This document shows, piece by piece, positions 38,876 through 60,729 of a DNA stretch of 64,000 bases. Both the position numbers and the translations under genes were made by a program. Position 1 is the first letter of the stretch, and each line of letters begins with the position of its first letter. This stretch comes from Auanema rhodensis (taxonomy: Eukaryota > Animalia > Nematoda): the NCBI GenBank assembly GCA_964057225.1, contig OZ059900.1:10540001-10604000 (forward strand), in the 5' to 3' direction. Below the pieces are notes generated by a model. It saw only the letters and a list, made by a program, of their open reading frames with translations. It did no database searches and was not told the origin of the DNA.

Positions 38876-40516
38876 CAAGCATGACAATTGACTATTTTTT
38901 GTAAGTAAATTCTTTTCTAAGTATCCAAACGATAATGTTGTTCTTCAGACCAATATGATAATCGACGTTTTTTTACTCACCGCACCTGTGAATTTTCATT
39001 TTCAATAAATTTTTTTTTGAAATTAGCTGTGTTGAATAGTGTACACCGGTTACTCTGTCAGGAAAGAATTGAAACCCGAGGAAGCTGGTTCGACTCATAA
39101 TTTCATTCAAATGACTTATCGATGATACGAAATACATGCAAACAAGCTTATCAAAGAGCATTTAATAGTAGTTGCTGATAAGAATGAGTTGTTAGCTAAC
39201 AATGTAATTTAATTTTCTCGTTCACCTTTCATTAATATGAAACTTTCTTATTTGTTTCTCTTTCAACTCTCAATTTTCAAGATTTTTCCGAATTTGTATT
39301 CAAAATTTGTTTTTTTTAGAATATGTCCCAATACAATGAAAGGTATGTTGGAGAACAAGAGGAACAAGAACAAGTAGAAGAATTTGAAGAGAACTTGGTA
39401 AGTTGCTAAGATAGTGTATTCCATTGTATATTTACCTCTTCAAATAGATTTATGATGATGATCAAGATATTGAATGTACTCCAGGCATGTGGCTACATCC
39501 AATGGGTCTTTTACGAATTTTTGAATTGGTAGGGAATTCAATCGATAATATTAACTTCTTATTGAACTATTAGGTCATGTTCTTTATCCTACAATGGCTT
39601 GTTCAAATCACATGTGGTGGTGATGCTTGTACAATGATTATGAATGTTTTTGGTTATACAGCTTTAGGACAAGTAAGGAATTAAGAGTTATTTGTCAAAA
39701 AAGTCAAATTTTCTCTTATTTCAGGTGTTTGTTCTTATAATATTCTTGGCCTTATCATTGTTTTGTGCTATTGTTCTTCTCTTATTTTCCATAAATGGTC
39801 ATAGAGCTTTACGTGGAATGACACTAGCACTTGTATGTGATATATCCAATCATCTTTATTTTTGTTATAATTTGCAGGAAAGAGTTTATGCTCTGATTGG
39901 AATAATTCTTATGTTTATCTGTGGTTTGTTAGGAACTTGGATGGCTGTGCTCACAAATGATCCTGAGGTTGTCTTAACTGAACGTCTTAAACAACAGTTT
40001 CATTATTAGGTTAATTATCAAGGAAGAGGGTCAGGTCATATTCGTGGACAATGGATTGCAGCTGCTGTAATTGAGAATCACGTTTTACTAATTTTCTTTG
40101 AATTTCTTTCAGGTCTTGGAGTTCCTCATGGTTGGTGTTTACATATTTGATTTAGTGATGCAACGAAATGAGGTATCTGATTCCAAGAGATGGCAAAGAT
40201 GTATCAATGTTTTCAGAGTTATCCATTCAATATCAAGGAGTATCAAAGTGAATCTGCTGATATAGCAACTAAAATCTCTCGAACAGCACCAAATCACCAA
40301 GCAGCTTCTCAGTTCCAATATATTCCCAATAATGATTATAATCAATATACGAATGATGCAGTTAACACAGATAATTCTAATTTAATTAGAAATTTTAATA
40401 ATTATAATAAAAATAATAATAGCTCATCTGTTTAACTATTTCAAACGTTATCTTTTGTGCTTCTTTCTCATTTAGTATTTGGCTTTAATTGAAATTTCAA
40501 ATATTTGATGAAATTT
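38874..40516 (+). repeat. Right arm of the inverted segmental duplication (partner 28090-29792)
   Basis: Reverse complement of the left arm. Confidence 0.95.
39323..40435 (+). CDS. MARVEL-like four-TM membrane protein, copy B (same predicted protein as copy A)
   Basis: Same 1,113-bp span and exon structure as 28171-29283. The one coding difference noticed is synonymous (GGC/GGT). Confidence 0.75.
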
Positions 40517-40884
40517 GTAGTATACACTACTATAGTTCCCAATATTTAGTTACTGTCATTAGTATATTTTTGTTATGTTAAATTGAAATTATTGTACTTT
40601 AAAGCGTTTGTATTGCTTATTTCTACACATTCTTCATGAATATAATTTTCTTATATCTTAGATTTGAAGCATTGAACTCGTAGACTCGTATTGCTGCTGT
40701 TCATTCTTTGCTGTTCATTCTAACCATATGTGTAATTCGAGTCTCTGATGTTGTATTGTTTCTTGTCATATTCTTGTAAAACAATAGTTTAGAAATATTT
40801 GACTTACTGCTACTATGTGATGTCAAAAGATAGTGCTTATGTCAATATACTATATTACTCTTTTCCTGTCTTTTTATCTTCCCC

Positions 40885-40940
40885 TTTTCTCTTTCTCTCT
40901 CTCTCTTTCTCTCTGTCTCTCTTTCTCTCTTTCTCTCTGT
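40885..40940. repeat. Degenerate (CT)n microsatellite
   Basis: Directly visible. Confidence 0.8.
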
Positions 40941-42805
40941 TCCTCTTACTAGTAATCTCACTCTCTTTATTCATTTTTCTCTCATTTAGAAAGTTTATTT
41001 TGTTTATTCAGTATTTCATGATTAATTAACTCGTTTTATGATCTTTGGAACATACGAGATTTTTTAAATGAATACTATACCACACACATGCGTGTGATAT
41101 CCTCATGTTACAAAAAAATGAGCCCAATGAGTCCAGACATAGATACAAAGTTTTATTTTGTACGTAATAATGTTCTCAGTCCTCATATTTTTTGTATCGT
41201 TTTCTATTGTCGCTATCTCATCTCAACTTAGTGTTTTTCTTTTTTTTCTTCACAGTTCAATGACGCTAAGCGCAGCATATCGAACGCAAGCGTTTAACTT
41301 TACCCGTTCAGTGAAAATTTCATTTTTTGACAAAGTGGATTGTCGAACAAAAATATTTACCCTATTTGTTCATTGAGAACACCGCTTCAACATTTACACA
41401 CGGTGAGATGGCTAACAAGCAGTCTTCTCAATTCTCTCTCATCATTCCTTTTTTTTTCACAATCTAAATATCTGTCTTTCTTTTCTCGTCTTGATCTCAA
41501 TATCTTTCTTTCCTCTCTGGCGATCTGAGGCTCCGTAGGCTAGCCACGTCCATATGTGTATTTGTGTGTGTGTGTGACTGAGTTTGTGTGTGCTTATGCA
41601 TTGCTCAACATAGTAATGCGAAAACCTCATCAATGACTTGTTTTTTGTGAGCAGCACAATACCTCTAGAATAATCTGAGTTACTCTGACATTTTTTTAAA
41701 CTCATAACTTTTTTTTTAGATTTTTTAACTTTCAAACTATAGTTCCGCACGCGCTCTTTCCTAGGTAAAAGTATAGATTTATTGTTACCGGCGTAACTGC
41801 ATTATCTTGTTCAATAATGTCTTCTTTCTTCATTTTTTATAGAAAATTGTTCCTTAATCAAAGTTCCAAGCCTTAGAAAACCAGAATAACAGGATATTGG
41901 CAGCGTTAAGTTTAAGCTCTTTTCATCTTCTTAGTTCCACATTCATATATTTATTTAAAACTTTCCTTGAATCGCTTTTCGAGCTTATTACGACTCACTT
42001 AAGAGAGTAATAAAATGTCTCATTTGTTGAAGGTCTTCTGTCATATACTATGCACACATAGATTGGAAAATATGCTAATATACAAATATTCTTTACGTGA
42101 CATCTTCTCTTAATAGAATAATTTCTTCTTTCTTCTTATAAGTCAGTTATACTTCCTGCGTCAGACGCCTGTCGTGTCCGCTCACAAATCCACAGCTATT
42201 TCCTATATTTTTTTTAACAGTCGCTTAGCTTCTCCTTTTTCTCTGAATCACGCTCTGCTTTTTTTATCTATCTGTCGTTTGCCGTTTTCAATTTTGTCTA
42301 ATTCTTCTATATCAAATCGAAAATTTAGCATTTCGTTTGCACAATTAATTCAAAATGTCACCATCTTTCGCAAATTACTGCCGCAATCAGTAACGTCTAG
42401 ACAAGTTTAATATCAATCTCACCTACGTGAACGACAATGACGACGTCGTATTCGAAATGTCCAGTATTTGCTTAGCTGTATGACCGTCAGACCTCCTACG
42501 TTCTTCGACCATCTAGCCAACTTTTCAACACTTATGCTTCAATGTCCATTGAAGTGACCCTTATCCGGTCTAACCTCTTCACGTGCTTTCTCATTTCATA
42601 TCTTTTCGTCCCTCTTTTCCCCTTTATTCTCCTGAGTTGTCAATGCAATATGTTCAATTTGCTCTTATGACGGTAACATACATATGCTTACTTCACTATT
42701 CTAACTTATAAATATCCATATTACTATACGAAAAATATGTAAATTATTTATTTCTTTAATTTTCTATCTATTATTTTCTTTAGAAACAACAGCATATATT
42801 GTAAA

Positions 42806-44089
42806 ATGTCGCGCTGGGACAGTTTACCAATCAGCACGCAAGAGCAAGATATGTTATCAGCAGCTACAACTTATCCGTAAGCTATATACATTATTTCTAA
42901 ATTATATAATAAGTTACATGCATTATTTAATTTCATAAATAATAGATAAATATATTACATAAACTTTTTTCTATTTCTTTTTCACAAAGGTTTAGTTAAC
43001 TTTTCGCCAATGTTTATTTGTTTAGTTCAACGCAATCGTCTGATTATATTTTACGAAACGCTATCAATGGATTAATACGACAGGAAATGTCAGGTAACTT
43101 GAATAAATATAATTGGAAACGATACAATTTTCTAAGGAAATTATAATTTTAATTATGAAAAAATTATCGTTCATATGTTTTTTATGAGAAGGTTTGAAAG
43201 TGTTTAGCTTTAGCGTTATGTTTAGCCTGAAAAAATAAAATAATTTGAAATTAAAATTTTTTTTTTTAATTTTTATACTAATTTGACAGATTCCGGACAG
43301 AATATATGCTATTATCAGCGTATTGGCAGCCGAATACCAGTTCCATATGTATGCAATCTTGGTTGTTGTAATCACGGATGTTGTACTGTTGCAAATTTAG
43401 CCGCGTAAGAACTTTTTTTTTGAAACAATTATACAAATAATGTCGATTATCCGTTTGAGATACAAAATGAGCAAAGAAAACAAAAAAAACAACGCACTTT
43501 AGCTCTTATCCCTCACTTTCACGAGAACATAGATGTTGTTGGTTTAAAATAAGAAAAAAACCTTCTGATCTGAATAGCTAAAGCCTCTCAAAATGATATA
43601 TTATTTCATCGGATAGTTGCTCAATTTTTTACTAGCCTTTATAGACTACTCTATTTATCTTTATCATATTTTTCTGGTATTGAATTCTCTTGTAACCCCA
43701 ACTCAACAGAAATAACCAAAACAGTATATTAATACCTGAGAAACTGAAAAGTGTTTCAAAAATTGAAAAAAATATGTTTTCACTTTCAAAGAATTGAATT
43801 GTTATTAAATGTTATTTCTGAATTTAGAACATCAAATTCATTTGGATGGGCTATCGGACTACTATGCTTGTTGATAATGGCTGTAATCTTAGCTATTTTG
43901 GCGATTGGAGCAGTATACTACCTGAATAAGCAGAAAGATCGTATCCATAAGCAGCAGTTACATGATCAAACGGATGGTTCATCTGTCAGTCAGGTTAGTT
44001 TATCAATAGCATAAGCAGAGAATAATGTTTTCATTACAAGTTCAACTAAAAATATAATTTAGGGAAGTGCTTACCGAGATACCTATTGA
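42806..44089 (+). CDS. CX-module-like single-pass membrane protein (5 exons)
   Basis: Spliced MSRWDSLPISTQEQDMLSAATTYPSTQSSDYILRNAINGLIRQEMSDSGQNICYYQRIGSRIPVPYVCNLGCCNHGCCTVANLAATSNSFGWAIGLLCLLIMAVILAILAIGAVYYLNKQKDR...GSAYRDTY*. The C-Y...C..GCC..GCC cluster precedes a TM helix, and intron phases are consistent. Confidence 0.7.
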
Positions 44090-45360
44090 TGATATGACAA
44101 ATCAGACAATACGACAACTTGTCTCTAACCTTGTCCCAACTCATTTTCCTCCAACAACACTCATATTATTTCTCATATTATACTGCGTACTATATGAGAA
44201 TATTTAACTATATGCTGGATATATATTGTACCATAAATCTCATTCTAAAAACATCATACTGCATTATTAATAATCATTATTTGTTAATTATAAATAATAA
44301 CAATGGAAATTTAAATAAAATATTTTTAATTTATAGTTTTCTACTACATCATGAAATTAGAAATAATATTTTTGTCTTGATCAAGTCAAAGGTTTTTAGC
44401 AAAACTTTTACAGATTCGGAGTTCAGCCTAATATAATTTTAGAAATTCAAGTATCCCTCAGGAGGATTTTTATCAATCTGAAATGTAACTGCAGAATTAT
44501 TTTTTTGAAGCGGATCTTGTATTTCTGAATCTTCTGATTTCTTTTCAAACAAAGTTTTTCAATATCAAAATATATTTTTGTTTTTCATCCAAATCTGAAT
44601 ATGTGCAGGACGTAATATCAGCTAGCTTTCTATCGTATTTTCTTTGAACATATTACTAAGGTAAATGAATATTTTAAAAAAATACACTGAGGCTGTATCG
44701 ATTTATAAATCTTATAAGAAAATATCGTATTTACATATAACCTGTGAAGAATATAAGCAATTAAGTATTATTAAAGCCGTATATTAGTTGCATTACAAGT
44801 TATTCATTATAATTGGAGAAATTATTGTTTTCCGATTTATTCTCTTAAGTGAATTAACAACAAAATTTTTAAAATGTCACCTCAATATCAAAGATCATAT
44901 GAATCAGACTAACAACAAAACATTTATAGATTTTTTTTCTTTTTTTTTGGCTGTTTAGTATTTCCTAACAACGACGTTACCAATCAAAAACTATTTCCGT
45001 ATTGATAAAGATTGTGTTGAATTTGTTGGAGAAGCAATGCATGTGATATACACTTATGGAAGCCTTATTACATAGTTTTAACCTCCAAAGAAAATTCACT
45101 TATAAAATTGTGGCATCATACTATTATTCCTCCAGTTTTGCGAATGTTACCTTGTTGTTTTTGCAATAAATAATATATTTACCCATTCGCACACATATAC
45201 GTAGACAATCGTTCAAATACAACAAGTAGATTTCTCAAAATTTATAGATAGGGTCCGTATGGATTGTCCAGTAGAACTCAAAAATAATTAAAATAGCATG
45301 ATGAAGTGGCATTTAATAAAGAATTAACTGTTTTTTCTTACTATTTGAAATATATTTCAT

Positions 45361-46341
45361 TTAAGCGGGCATCTCGAATTTTCTGTTGACTTGCAGAACT
45401 GAAAACAAAAGAATAGAACGTAAATGGGAAAGATTATGATGCATAGGAATGACACATACCTTGAGTGACATAGAGATAGAAGAAATCGGCGTAAAGAACA
45501 GTTTGAATAATACCGGCAACAACAGCGATAGGGTCGAAAAAGCTCTCAGTGTAGAATCTGTAAAATGAAATAAGTGGAATGGGACTCATGTAGTGTATGC
45601 TTTTCTAATATTTTAATTACATAATTAAAATACAAACCTGTAGATCCAGTTCACAATGTAAAGAGCGCGATAAGATCCGAGAGCAAAGAGATAATGTGCA
45701 GTGATTGTTTCAGCATTCTTAGTACGAGAAAGCATGAAGAGTTGTGGCATAATTGCAACAGCTTCAAGATAGATGGAGAAAGTCCACATAACCTGTAAGC
45801 AAATCATTAATGAAGTTCATATTTAACTTCACGTACCTCCATAACGGTGAATTCATGATTTATCAATAAAGCAAAAAGAGCACATGGAGCGATGAGGAAT
45901 TCAACACGGAACGTATCATTATTTCTAAAAATATCCAGGTTAATAGTCATTCCAAACAAACTTTAATTATATTATTATTACCTATCGTAAGTAGCCTTGA
46001 ACTTATGCATAACAAGATATACAGTTCCAATTGATGTAGCCAAGAAAAATACCTAAAAATGTATTGAATAAACAACTTTTTCAAAGGGTATATTCAGATC
46101 ACCTTCATCAAAGTATTATAAGCTGAAACAAAGTTAGAGAAGATGTCCAAATAACGAGCAACGAAGACTAAAGAGAACAACAACTGTGATCGGCCAGAAA
46201 TTCCTAAACATTCATCATTATTATAATATAATTTTGAATATTTATTATACCTTCACAACTTCTCGACTTCCATATCTTATGCAGAAGAACTGCAATAGCC
46301 ACCAAGTGAGCAATATCCGCAGATAAACGGAAAATATTCAT
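45361..46341 (-). CDS. erd-2: ER lumen protein-retaining (KDEL) receptor
   Basis: [52 protein letters not shown]...[51 protein letters not shown]...[13 protein letters not shown]...FEMPA*. These are hallmark ERD2 motifs. Confidence 0.97.
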
Positions 46342-49300
46342 AGCTATAATTACTGAAAAATAAAATTTAGTACTATTATTTAAATATTAAGATAAAAATT
46401 ATTTTGAGAAAACTAGAAAACAATGAAACAAATTCGAAAAAAAGTGTTAACATTTAAGGAAAAACGCAGGAATAAATTTGAATTTCAAGTTATAGTTGTG
46501 AAAGATATTTACTATTTCTCAAGAACATGAAAGGAAACATTGTAATGGAATGAATTACATGTAATCAATTGATTAATTATATAATTAACAACAAAAAATG
46601 TTTTTAAAAACGAAAATAATAAAAACATATCTCAAATACAACAATGACGCGGATTTCCACGTCACATATAGCTCGTTTTATATTTAGTGGTCTCGACACG
46701 GCCTCTTAGACCTTTAAAAGTTTTCATCTGCTGTTTGTAATGGAGCGTCGTATACAATATTGAATAATTGCTCACATATCAAACAAATTCAATTTTCATC
46801 AAACTATAAACTATATATGAAGTATTAATATGAAATAATATAGAAATACGTTGTAGTTGAAACATTAATCAAACAAATTAGGGCAGTTGTGTGTTGAAAA
46901 ATGTGTTAACAGTGACAGAAATATATAGTATGATTACAGCGAATGACCTATTGTAAACACGAGAAAAAAAGACGCGGTTATCTATTGATTGATATCAATT
47001 ATATAGTGACAAGTTCGAACTAAGAAGAAGTTTTAAGAGATAGAAAGAAAGAGATCAAAAGAGAGAGGAGTAGAAAATGAGAGAATACAGGGCCAAATTA
47101 CACAGAGAAATGGTCTAGATAGCGCAAAAGATGATAAATCAGATAAATACCTAACGTCTGGGAACAAATAAATTATGAAAAACAAAAACTATTCAGAAGT
47201 AAATATGCTTAGTGATTTCTTTTTCTTGTCACTATGATTTCTTGATATTTTTCTTGTTAGTTTTGCTGCATTTTCAAAACTATTTGAAAGGAATGAAGAA
47301 AATGTATTGATGAGATAATTTTGAATAAAATAAGACATTTTTCTATAAATTGGTTATCTTGTGATACATTCAAAATGATAATAGACCATACTTATCATCA
47401 CTATCATGATTAGATGAAGTTATCCTAAAAGACTTTGAACAAAAATTATAAAAAAATGAAGAACGGAAAAATTGATTGAAGATGGGAGTGGAACTGAACT
47501 AAAAAATTGAAAATAGAACAAATCAGGATCATATTAGCCTTTGCTATATTCGAATGAGAACAGCAACGCAAAAAGAATTGCAATAAAAATAGCTAGGTAT
47601 ATAAGTTGGAGAATAAGGTCGAGTATCGTTAATTGAACATTGAATTCATCCATTTCATATTAAAATGACATATCAATATTTTCGAATAAAAACTTTCATA
47701 GATAGAAAGCAAAAACATATCATATCATCTTTAATAAGTCACAAGGAAAAACGCTGTTTAAATACCGCTTCAAAATTATTTAATAAATGCTATTAATCAT
47801 ATATTCGTGGATGAATCATGACACAATTTTTTATATTTTCATTTTTACTTTTAAATATTCTAATTTTACAAGACTGATGAAGTTTTTGATGAAGTTTCAG
47901 CTAGTATGTCATCATAATTATGTAATTTCAATTCATTTATGTGGAGAATCTTTATGTGATCTTTGTCTCTTTCTGTTAAGGAATCAGAAATTAAACTTTT
48001 TTAAGCTCATGTTCACGTGGTTTTGTTTAGAAGTACATTTTTTTGTTTGAATTAAGCAAAAGAAGCAAATTCCACTTTAACTTTATTTCAATAGGGTGCG
48101 CTTGACCCTGACAGACATTTAAATCTTTTTTGTAAACATCTGTAAATAATAACTTGTGAAATAATTCTGAAAAGGGAAATAAAAAAAGAATATATTTGTT
48201 GAAATTGTTATGCTCATATCACTCTATCCCTTTCTTATATCGTTATATAATGTATATTTCCGTTTCTGTGTCAATGTTATGTAATCTTATTTTGGGTTGA
48301 TGTGGATTAAGACGATATGAAACAGCATAACGATCACATCATTCTGCTCATCATGCTCTTCTCATCATTGAATACTATAATTGGGTCTGGAGTTGCTGAA
48401 TTGACCTATCCTATAACAAGCTGATGATGCGATCATCTTTATATAGAAAGGAAAGAATTGGAAGAGCCTAGAGAAGATATAGAAGATTATACGTGATTAT
48501 CCAAAGGATATGTACAACAGAAGAAAAAGAGAGAAAAAGCTAGGAAAAATAGATGAAGCAGACGATCTCTGTAGAACAAGATGTAGAGCTGCTCCTAATT
48601 GTATGTGTTAATGACTTATGCGTTATTATAGGGATATAAACTTGCCTCATAGTATCATAAGAGAGTATGCCTGGTGCTAATGATGATTATTATGAGATGA
48701 CCTTGTTATAATTGTTATATAATGATGTCAACAAAACTAATTTTTCAATTATTTTCAGCTGAAACTTATTAATTGGAGACAATCTGATTACATCGTCAAA
48801 GATTAAAAATTTTAAAAAATCATTGATACATCATTTTTCAAACTTTAGTTTTAGTTTTGTTCATGGTTTCCATTAATCAATTGAAAAAAACAATGTAAAT
48901 CCAACAACAACACATCAAAATAATAAAACATACAATCCAATTTATTATAAAATTTCAAAACAAGTTATCATACTAGCTGTATAGTTATCACGCCGTGTGT
49001 TCCCATATCACTGTTTATCATATTTCCTCTTCTGTTTTCACATTTTTTTGTCTAATGCGGCATTTGAAGTAAAATGACAAAATAGTACTAAAAACATAAT
49101 TATAGTTAAGTTCTTTATGAGTTTCAATATTATGCCTATTATATTATGTTATTAATATGTTTTTATTATATAATATATCTGACTTTTAAAATCTGTAACT
49201 ACTTATATATATAGTTAAAGTTACAATATACTTTTTGAATAAAATAACTTCAAGTTAGCCTTACTGATGTTGCAAAATGAAAATATCGGAAATGCTATAA

Positions 49301-49430
49301 AATGCTCTCACAGAAGTTAATGACCATCTGGCCAAATAACAATGTAATTTCATGAGAGAAGAAAAACGAAGTATATTGGGAAACTAAAAGTATGTAAGAG
49401 AATTAAACTGAAGAAAGAGAATAAGACCTA

Positions 49431-49480
49431 TAGAGAGAAAGAGAGAGAGAGAGAAAAAGAAGTGGAAAGAGAGTGAAAGA
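49431..49480. repeat. (GA)n-rich microsatellite
   Basis: Directly visible. Confidence 0.7.
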
Positions 49481-50556
49481 TACGGAGAAAATGAACACGA
49501 GACCCACACGTTGTTGTATTTGGTTGAGCCTATATGGCTTTAGTGTTTCACAACCCAATTGCTAAAGTAAGCTGGTGCAATTGCCGTTAGGACGAATTGT
49601 TCTCTTTTCGTTTTCGAACATATTCTGGAAGATATTCAAGTTTATCCAATTTTTTTATATTGAAATCTTTGGCTCAAGTTGTATAATTATTGTGTTATCA
49701 AAATGCATGTCTTGAATTTAAATAAAGTTATTCAAACAAGACTTACTGAGCAACTGCTTTTAACTTTGCTAAAAAAACTTTGTTATCGATTTCACTTTCC
49801 TTTGCTAGCTCTTCCACTTTTTGTCTGAAACGTGCTTTTCTATCTTTTTTTATTTCTACCAGTCCGCCTTGATTATCTTTAATTAACTCGAGTATTAGAA
49901 GACAAAAGGTTTGAAGATGGCAGAACAAAATGAGTCTGATGAAAAGTTGGGATAAAAATGCTTTGTTTTCCAATTGTCTCATTATACCATTGGTGGAGAA
50001 GAGCAGTAGATGAGCCTGCTGACCAGCTCAAAACTAGCATTTATCCAGATATTGTTCATTGAGTTTATATGTATCCATGTAACTATCTTGCATTCTTCTT
50101 TCTTTTCTTCATTTAATAGAATAAAAGGCAGGATGAAATTGTTTTCTCTTAGAAAGTGCCATATGCCCATATTCAAGCCAAAGAAAAGAAAAGAGTCACA
50201 GAGCTAAGCAGTAACTAGAGGCCGAGACCCTGAACAGGCAGAAAGACCTTGAAGACAAGAAAAGAGCACAACCGATACAGCCATAGCAGTGCTGTTTTGC
50301 TGTTTTGTGCCCTCCGTCGGCGAGATAGCATATATGAGAGAGCGAGACTGTTAGAGGGTCACAGACAGCAGCACATGTGGAGCAGGCAGCCATATAAGGA
50401 CATGCATAGTGAGAGAGACATAGACATCTGCACGATGAACGAGAGAATAAGCAAATGGGTAAGAGTGCCAGATGTATACGGTAATGTTGAGAGCTGATTG
50501 GGCGTAAGCGAGCGGCGGAGGCGGAGCTAGTTGCAATTTCGGCCGATTGGCTTCTA

Positions 50557-60729
<10,173 letters not shown>

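Noticed and set aside
28090-40516. Canonical TIR DNA transposon or Maverick/Polinton
   Set aside because: The arms are duplicated host-type genes with introns; no transposase, integrase, polB or capsid ORFs and no evident target-site duplication
48961-49020. Resemblance to miR-9/miR-79 (GTTATC...TAGCTGTAT)
   Set aside because: The seed does not match and no convincing precursor hairpin is present
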